The translations under genes and the position numbers were made by a program. Shown piece by piece: positions 42,170 through 46,459 of a stretch of 46,459 bases of DNA. Each line of letters starts with the position of its first letter. Within the stretch, counting starts at the first letter, position 1. The stretch is taken from positions 1 through 46,459 of the IMG/VR virus record IMGVR_UViG_3300018476_000003; one strand, given 5' to 3'. The stretch comes from a virus. The notes under the pieces are model-generated. The model was not told the DNA's origin. It did not search any database and worked only from the letters and a program-made list of their open reading frames with translations.

Positions 42170-42688
42170 TTAGGCGTTGTACTGGTTGCGCCAAGCCTCG
42201 AAATTGGAGTCCACCTTGACGGACTTGCGTTGCAGGTCGCGACGGTTGGCAAAGTAGACACCGTTTGCAGCGAGCATGCGCGCGATGCGCTCTAACGTGC
42301 CGTAGCTGGTGCCCTGCACGTGTAGGTCATAGTCGACCGACACGACACGCGAGCCGCGAAAGCTTTCCACGTCGCAGCCTTGGTAGGCGCCTGTGCAGCT
42401 GACAGATAGCGACCGGTCGCAGCCGTCCCAGCACGTCTCATGGTGAGAGCACGATTGACGGTCAATGAACGCTAGCGCCTCTCGGATGCTGGGAAACTCG
42501 AAAGCACCCGCTTGCGCGCGCCTGATGTTTCGCTGAACGTCGCGCTTGCGCCCGTTGCTGAACGAGCGGCGCCGCTCGGTTGCGGGGTCAATGTAGCCGT
42601 TATCGGCGCTATCCCCGTCTTGGGAGCTTTCTTCCGTGATGAGCGTATAGGTGACGCTCACCTTGTGCAGCTTGCTGGTTGCAGACAT
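42170..42688 (-). CDS. Hypothetical protein
   Basis: ORF in track; 172 aa; several Cys/His (SCSHHETCWDGCD). Confidence 0.6.
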   Translation of the reverse strand: MSATSKLHKVSVTYTLITEESSQDGDSADNGYIDPATERRRSFSNGRKRDVQRNIRRAQAGAFEFPSIREALAFIDRQSCSHHETCWDGCDRSLSVSCTGAYQGCDVESFRGSRVVSVDYDLHVQGTSYGTLERIARMLAANGVYFANRRDLQRKSVKVDSNFEAWRNQYNA

Positions 42689-42758
42689 TGGGTCTCTCTC
42701 TTTCTGGCGCTTGGCGCACCCTGCTACGCGCTAGACGGCTAGCGCGTAGTGAGGCGGG
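42689..42758 (-). promoter_or_regulatory. Intercistronic spacer 4: perfect 11-bp hairpin + (GA)n
   Basis: CTACGCGCTAG-acgg-CTAGCGCGTAG at 42724-42749. (TC)n at 42693-42703. Confidence 0.65.
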
Positions 42759-42986
42759 TCAAGGCAGCGGACGGCGGAAGCGGCCTAGGTGGCCCGGGTC
42801 CGCCGTGAAGCAATCCGCGCCAGCTGACAACGGGTCGATCCGCACCTTGCCGTTCTTGTAGACCTTGAATGGTCGGATGCGGGTCGGCGCATAGTCCAGC
42901 GGAGCATGGTAGAAAAGCGGAGCATTGCTCGCGACGTATGCGAGCAAGTCAGACCATTGCGCGAAACCGGTAAAGCCGTGTTGCAT
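42759..42986 (-). CDS. Hypothetical protein
   Basis: ORF in track. Confidence 0.55.
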   Translation of the reverse strand: MQHGFTGFAQWSDLLAYVASNAPLFYHAPLDYAPTRIRPFKVYKNGKVRIDPLSAGADCFTADPGHLGRFRRPLP

Positions 42987-43062
42987 GATGCGTGTCTCTC
43001 TCTCGGGTCAAGCGGACCCGCCGTGCCCTGCTAGCCGTGGCTGGCAGGGCAGAGCGGAGCGC
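42987..43062 (-). promoter_or_regulatory. Intercistronic spacer 5: two hairpins + (GA)n
   Basis: CGGGTC-aagcg-GACCCG at 43004-43020. GCCCTGCTAGCC...GGCTGGCAGGGC at 43025-43050. (TC)n at 42994-43004. Confidence 0.6.
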
Positions 43063-43455
43063 TTACCGTACGCGCCCATCGTCAACGCCGTTGGGTCCGG
43101 CGAATAGATACACCTCACCGTAAGCGTGAGCTACGCGGGTTAGGTACTCTCCGCGGTCCACGTCGTAGCCCCGATCGGTCTCCCAATAGCCCACCCCGTG
43201 GCCGTTGCGCGTAAACCAGAAGTCACGCCCCGCTTGCTCGTCGCCCGCGTCGCACCACTGGAGCACGCTTTCGACCTGACACTGGAACGCCGCGCATTCG
43301 TGCGCCATTCTCGCCAGCGTATCGTCGTCAATGTCGTCAATGCCGTAGTTGCGATCCAGCGGGTAACCGCCGCTCGGGGTCGTCTCATCAGTGGTGCTGA
43401 ACAGCGCGGCTTCCACGTAGCCGCGTAGAAACTTGCTGATTGCTGGACGGGTCAT
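43063..43455 (-). CDS. Hypothetical protein (GYVEAALFS...FWFTRNGHGVGYWE family)
   Basis: ORF in track. I recall this motif family from phage/plasmid accessory regions; its function is unknown. Confidence 0.6.
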   Translation of the reverse strand: MTRPAISKFLRGYVEAALFSTTDETTPSGGYPLDRNYGIDDIDDDTLARMAHECAAFQCQVESVLQWCDAGDEQAGRDFWFTRNGHGVGYWETDRGYDVDRGEYLTRVAHAYGEVYLFAGPNGVDDGRVR

Positions 43456-43556
43456 GCTCTCTCTCGTTTCCGGGCTCTCTCGAGCCGTTGTAGTGGCCGC
43501 TGTGGCTCACCTTTCCGCGCAGTACCGTTGCCAGTGCTGCGCGGGATAGGCGGGTC
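43456..43556 (-). promoter_or_regulatory. Intercistronic spacer 6: hairpin + CCCGGAAAC box + (GA)n
   Basis: Hairpin at 43515-43544: CCGCGCAGtAC-cgttgcca-GTgCTGCGCGG. (TC)n at 43457-43465. Confidence 0.6.
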
Positions 43557-43763
43557 TCAGGGGTAGTTGGTGACAGACGACATCTCGTCTTGAGCGTCCC
43601 GATCGCCGTATGCGTCGGCGGTAGCGCTCACAACGTCAATGCCGCCTGGGTACAGGAACGCCGTGATGCGGTCGCATACGGCCTGGCTTGCCTCAGCCAG
43701 CGTCACGCCGTGCCAGTCGTGGTCCACCTCGAGGGTCACGGTCACTTGAACGACGTGCTTCAC
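43557..43763 (-). CDS. Hypothetical 68-aa protein
   Basis: GTG 43763 forms a GTGA overlap with the upstream stop. 3' part of ORF 43557..43832. Confidence 0.45.
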   Translation of the reverse strand: MKHVVQVTVTLEVDHDWHGVTLAEASQAVCDRITAFLYPGGIDVVSATADAYGDRDAQDEMSSVTNYP

Positions 43764-43939
43764 TTGCCACCCCGCACAACCAGGGTCGGGCACGTAATGA
43801 CGGCATCGCCATTGATGTAGACGATGCGGCAACGTTGCGGCGCTGCGGGAGCAAGCTCGGCAGCGTCAGCGGCGGTAATGCCGAGCACGGCGCCAGCCAC
43901 GAATGCTGCGAGGGTGATAGCGATGATTCGAGCGGTCAT
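43760..43939 (-). CDS. 59-aa secreted/signal-peptide protein (not in ORF track)
   Basis: MTARIIAITLAAFVAGAVLGITAADAAELAPAAPQRCRIVYINGDAVITCPTLVVRGGK. Signal-peptide-like N-terminus and 2 Cys. Confidence 0.45.
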   Translation of the reverse strand: MTARIIAITLAAFVAGAVLGITAADAAELAPAAPQRCRIVYINGDAVITCPTLVVRGGK

Positions 43940-44027
43940 GGGTTCTCGTTTCCGGCCCTGTAGGGGCGTGTTGCAGGCTGAGTGCCTGGTAGGGGCCGCG
44001 AGCCGTCTCGCGAGCCCTGCCAGAAGC
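43940..44027 (-). promoter_or_regulatory. Intercistronic spacer 7: hairpin + GCCGGAAACGAGA box
   Basis: CGCGAG-ccgt-CTCGCG at 43998-44013. The leader is ggccggaaacgagaaccc and has no long (GA)n. Confidence 0.5.
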
Positions 44028-44276
44028 TCAGTCGACCAGACCGACTAGGTTGCCGTCCCGCCAGCACACGCCGTCCGCAACCAGGCTGCGCACGCTAGCG
44101 GCCAGCCCTGCACAAGAGCCGGTGCGGGCCAACGCAACCGACAGGTCACCCATCGTGAGCGGCGAGTCAGCGGCCACCAGCAGGTCATACACGCGCATCT
44201 CAGTACGGGAGAGCGTTGGTTCGGTCGTGCGTTCGGTCGGTTGGGCGTCGGCCAGGGAGCGGAATGTGAGGGTCAT
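44028..44276 (-). CDS. Winged-helix (MarR-like) protein, first gene of the early minus-strand operon
   Basis: ATG 44276 gives MTLTFRSL.... The segment LSRTEMRVYDLLVAADSPLTMGDLSVALA is wHTH-like. Confidence 0.5.
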   Translation of the reverse strand: MTLTFRSLADAQPTERTTEPTLSRTEMRVYDLLVAADSPLTMGDLSVALARTGSCAGLAASVRSLVADGVCWRDGNLVGLVD

Positions 44277-44368
44277 GTTGCGTCCTGTGGGAGTGGGGTG
44301 AGCCTGCTGTGAGCAGGGTGTCAGGGGGGCCGCCGTTCGTTGCGTCGCCCCGTCCACACCAAGATAGC

Positions 44369-44381
44369 CCTGTCAGACAGG
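44369..44381. promoter_or_regulatory. 13-bp perfect palindrome CCTGTCAGACAGG (operator candidate)
   Basis: Read directly. Lies 93-105 nt upstream of ATG 44276 on the minus strand. Shares the GTC-N-GAC centre with 37031-37043. Confidence 0.4.
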
Positions 44382-44446
44382 TTGTGCAAGCCACAGGGGG
44401 CATTTTGCTCGCCGTTTTGGGACACTGCGCGTTTGCGCCTCTACTC

Positions 44447-44542
44447 CGCGCGTGCAGCGTGTGCGCGCGTCACGTGTGCGCGTGTGCAGTGCGCGCGAGT
44501 GCAGGCCTGCGCGTGCGTGCGCGTGCGCGCGTACCCGGGTAC
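44447..44542. repeat. Alternating purine-pyrimidine (GC/GT) tract ending in the palindrome GTACCCGGGTAC
   Basis: Runs such as gcgcgtgcgtgcgcgtgcgcgcgtac (26 nt of strict Pu/Py alternation). GTGCAG/GTGCGCGCG motifs recur. The 12-bp palindrome is at 44531-44542. Confidence 0.8.
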
Positions 44543-44595
44543 CCCCCCGGGCCAGGATCGGGGGACGCGGTCGCCCCACCTGCCCCGACCGACAC

Positions 44596-44619
44596 GAAAA
44601 TTCTGAACCCAAATCCCCC
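44596..44619 (+). promoter_or_regulatory. Upstream element copy 1 (GAAAATTCTGAaCcCAAAtCCCCC)
   Basis: Begins 41 nt upstream of ATG 44637. A near-identical element lies 41 nt upstream of ATG 44954. Confidence 0.55.
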
Positions 44620-44636
44620 TGTGGTACAGCGCGAGC

Positions 44637-44891
44637 ATGACCCCCGGGGACCTCATCGCTCAGCGCCGTGCCGAGCTGGGCGAAAGCTTGGCTATTTTCA
44701 GCAAACGACTCGGTGTGGACCGGTCATTTCTCTGCGACGTGGAGCACGGAAAGCGCCGTGTCGCCCTCAAACACGCCCAGCGCTGGGCAGAGCCTCTCGG
44801 CATCGAGCCTGCCGCACTCGCCAAGCTCATCTTCCAAGAGCTGCTCGACGAGGCGGGCCTGGATTTGGTCGTCCAGGTGAGGCGCCGCTGA
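44637..44891 (+). CDS. XRE/Cro-CI-type HTH protein
   Basis: LIAQRRAELGESLAIFSKRLGVDRSFLCDVEHGKRRV is a typical HTH_3 pattern. Confidence 0.7.
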   Translation: MTPGDLIAQRRAELGESLAIFSKRLGVDRSFLCDVEHGKRRVALKHAQRWAEPLGIEPAALAKLIFQELLDEAGLDLVVQVRRR

Positions 44892-44912
44892 CCCACCTCA
44901 GCCGACAGACAT

Positions 44913-44935
44913 GAAAATTCTGACTCAAACCCCCA
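44913..44935 (+). promoter_or_regulatory. Upstream element copy 2 (GAAAATTCTGActCAAAcCCCCA)
   Basis: Begins 41 nt upstream of ATG 44954. Confidence 0.55.
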
Positions 44936-44953
44936 TCTCAGCTACACGCGGGC

Positions 44954-45298
44954 ATGCCCAATGACTACGTCGAGCCCCTGTATCTCGAGATTGGCGCCCT
45001 CGTCCGCAGCGCTCGCGAGGCTCTGGGCCTCACGCAGACCGACGTGGGGCAGAAGCTCGTGCCACCCGTCACGCGCGCCGCCATGGCCAACATGGAGTGC
45101 GGCAACCAGCGCATCATGCTGCACGTCCTGGTGCAGATTTCGGTCATTCTCGGCGTTCCGCTCACTGAACTGTTGCCGGGGATGCCGCAAAAGCGGGCGA
45201 CCTCCTACGAGAGCCGCAGAGTCCGCTCTCTCGAGCGGCAAAACGCCGCTCTACAGCGCACCATCTCCAGGGCCCGCGCCGAGCTAGAAAAAACCTGA
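44954..45298 (+). CDS. XRE/Cro-CI-type HTH protein with C-terminal coiled coil
   Basis: IGALVRSAREALGLTQTDVGQKL...MANMECGNQRIMLHVLVQISVILGVPLTELL. Confidence 0.7.
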   Translation: MPNDYVEPLYLEIGALVRSAREALGLTQTDVGQKLVPPVTRAAMANMECGNQRIMLHVLVQISVILGVPLTELLPGMPQKRATSYESRRVRSLERQNAALQRTISRARAELEKT

Positions 45299-45300
45299 CC

Positions 45301-45504
45301 CTACTTCGGAGGCAAAGCCTTGGCCGTGTAGTGCACGAAGCCAAATTCGAACGCCATGCGCTCCAGGTTCTCGCCGCGCACCCCACCGCGCCACAAATCC
45401 CGCCGCATCAGCTCCACCGCCGCCTGCATCTCCGCATCCAGCGCTGAATCTGCATCCCATCGGAGGGGTTTGTACCCCTTCATGGCGTCGACCTTGCCCC
45501 TCAT
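45301..45504 (-). CDS. Hypothetical protein
   Basis: ORF in track; convergent with 44954..45298. Confidence 0.5.
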   Translation of the reverse strand: MRGKVDAMKGYKPLRWDADSALDAEMQAAVELMRRDLWRGGVRGENLERMAFEFGFVHYTAKALPPK

Positions 45505-45514
45505 CGCTGAATTT

Positions 45515-45676
45515 TCACAAACTCCGCCCCGCTTCGGCCTCTTCGTCGCGCCACTCGCTCAGTAGGCCGTATTTCTCGACGAAAGCGCAGAATTTGGCGA
45601 TCCATTCCTGTCGCCGCGCCAGGCGCAGCTGCCGCCTGCGTCGTTTTTCGCGAGCTTTCACCAGCTCGCCACCCAT
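45515..45676 (-). CDS. Hypothetical 53-aa basic protein
   Basis: The internal ATG of ORF 45515..45805 gives MGGELVKAREKRRRRQLRLARRQEW.... The start is tentative. Confidence 0.35.
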   Translation of the reverse strand: MGGELVKAREKRRRRQLRLARRQEWIAKFCAFVEKYGLLSEWRDEEAEAGRSL

Positions 45677-45752
45677 TGCCCGAACTTCCACAGCAGGAAC
45701 GTCGCGCAGAGCGTGAATATCGACCAGAAGATGCCGTCGCCGGTGGTCACTG

Positions 45753-46067
45753 TCAGACCTCGCCCCAACACAGGTCAAAAGGAGGGTGCCCGAGGTCGCC
45801 TCCACAGTTGGGGCACTCTGGCTTCGGCTTGCTCATCGGGCCATCGCTGAACAGGCACGCCTTGCCGTCCACGCACACCAGATGCGTGTCCCAGTCGATG
45901 CGCTTGTCGAAGCTGCCGTACTTCTCGACGGTGACGACGCTGCTCGGCCTGTACGCGACCCAGTGCTTCTCGAGGAAGGCGATGAGCGCGGCCCAGTCAG
46001 CAATCTCGCGCACGTGCTCCATCGACTCGTCGATGGTCATGAATCCGGTGGCAGGACGGATTTTCAT
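45753..46067 (-). CDS. Hypothetical protein with C-terminal CPNCGG zinc-ribbon-like motif
   Basis: ATG 46067 follows GGAGGGAG and forms an ATGA overlap with the upstream stop. 3' part of ORF 45753..46421. Confidence 0.6.
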   Translation of the reverse strand: MKIRPATGFMTIDESMEHVREIADWAALIAFLEKHWVAYRPSSVVTVEKYGSFDKRIDWDTHLVCVDGKACLFSDGPMSKPKPECPNCGGDLGHPPFDLCWGEV

Positions 46068-46453
46068 GGCTTCTCCCTCCGGGCCAGCTCGGCAATCGCT
46101 ATTTCCGCCGTGCTGGCAGAAGAGAAAGCCACGCCGCTGGGGTGCGTCGAGCGGAACTTGGCGACGCGGCACGCCTCCAGCACCGCCCGGTCCTTCGCAT
46201 CCACGATGCTGAGCCCCTGGGTGGCGAGTAGCTCCGCGAACGCCTTGCACGAGATGACGAACACGTGAGCGGTGCGCCGGTGCTTGAACTGCCACCCCAC
46301 GTGGGTGTCTTCGCCGGTCAGCACGCGGCTCAGCTCCCACCCCTCCGGCAGCTCCGGCGCTGCAGTCCTCTCTCTCGGGCAAGGCACGAGCTTGCTGTGG
46401 CTGTACCCGTCGTGATGGCACATCTCGGGGGCTGCGGGTGGCGTACGGCTCAT
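46064..46453 (-). CDS. Hypothetical protein (its start lies inside the terminal repeat)
   Basis: ORF in track. Its ATG corresponds to nt 100-102 of the left repeat copy and overlaps the stop of 99..944 as ATGA. Confidence 0.55.
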   Translation of the reverse strand: MSRTPPAAPEMCHHDGYSHSKLVPCPRERTAAPELPEGWELSRVLTGEDTHVGWQFKHRRTAHVFVISCKAFAELLATQGLSIVDAKDRAVLEACRVAKFRSTHPSGVAFSSASTAEIAIAELARREKP

Positions 46454-46459
46454 CGCAGC
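46352..46459. repeat. Terminal direct repeat, right copy (identical to 1..108)
   Basis: Same 108 nt as the contig start. It implies a circular or terminally redundant unit of 46,351 bp. Confidence 0.95.

Noticed and set aside
41071-44027. Interpreting the hairpin spacers as integron attC sites / gene cassettes.
   Set aside because: There are no conserved RYYYAAC / GTTRRRY core sites at the repeat ends. The hairpins differ completely in sequence. The only recombinase is a phage-type integrase next to a tRNA-derived attP.
41071-44027. Interpreting the spacer hairpins as intrinsic (Rho-independent) terminators.
   Set aside because: On the transcribed (minus) strand none of them is followed by a U-rich tract, and each is followed within 30-60 nt by the next start codon of the same operon.
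44447-44542. A CRISPR-like or minisatellite array.
   Set aside because: The repeated elements are 6-9 nt, irregular and contiguous. There is no repeat-spacer periodicity and no cas genes.
44309-44914. A 201-aa ORF and other ORFs spanning 44340-44660.
   Set aside because: They run through the alternating GC/GT tract and the promoter-like element and then out of frame across the XRE gene. The composition is Arg/Ala/Pro/Cys-biased, consistent with a low-complexity DNA artefact.

Overview
This high-GC, gene-dense window reads as one complete temperate phage genome or excised prophage. The first 108 nt are identical to the last 108 nt (1..108 = 46352..46459). The unit length is therefore 46,351 bp, and the contig ends close a circle or terminal redundancy inside a translationally coupled gene pair.

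Layout:
- 1.5-31 kb, plus strand (late module): large terminase, portal-sized protein, scaffold-like protein, HK97-like major capsid, a beta-helix protein, adaptor/nozzle-like proteins, four large internal-virion/ejection-type proteins (one with a lytic transglycosylase motif), a fibre cluster ending in a tail fibre with a glycine-rich C-terminus, a small moron island, and an M15-peptidase endolysin. The gene order is podovirus/T7-like. I see no tape-measure/chaperone pair, tube or sheath.
- 31-36.8 kb, minus strand: a FEN-type 5'-3' exonuclease fused to a Red-beta/RecT-like annealase, a replication-organiser-like protein, a 3' fragment of a tRNA-Ala(CGC)-like gene flanked by direct repeats (attP candidate), a tyrosine integrase and an Xis-like HTH.
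- 37-39.9 kb, plus strand: a LexA-DNA-binding-domain-like protein, an HTH protein and an SF2 helicase.
- 39.9-44.3 kb, minus strand: about 14 small early genes. Seven of the intergenic spacers share one architecture: stop codon, GC hairpin, a CAGCYCGG-like box, then a (GA)n tract abutting the ATG.
- 44.3-45.3 kb: an alternating purine-pyrimidine tract, then two XRE-type HTH genes that each carry the same upstream element.
- 45.3 kb through the junction to 1.5 kb, minus strand: small genes.

No rRNA, CRISPR array, transposase or intact tRNA was seen. Many long ORFs in the track are antisense shadows typical of high-GC DNA and were not called. All functional calls rest on motifs read by eye and have not been checked by database search.
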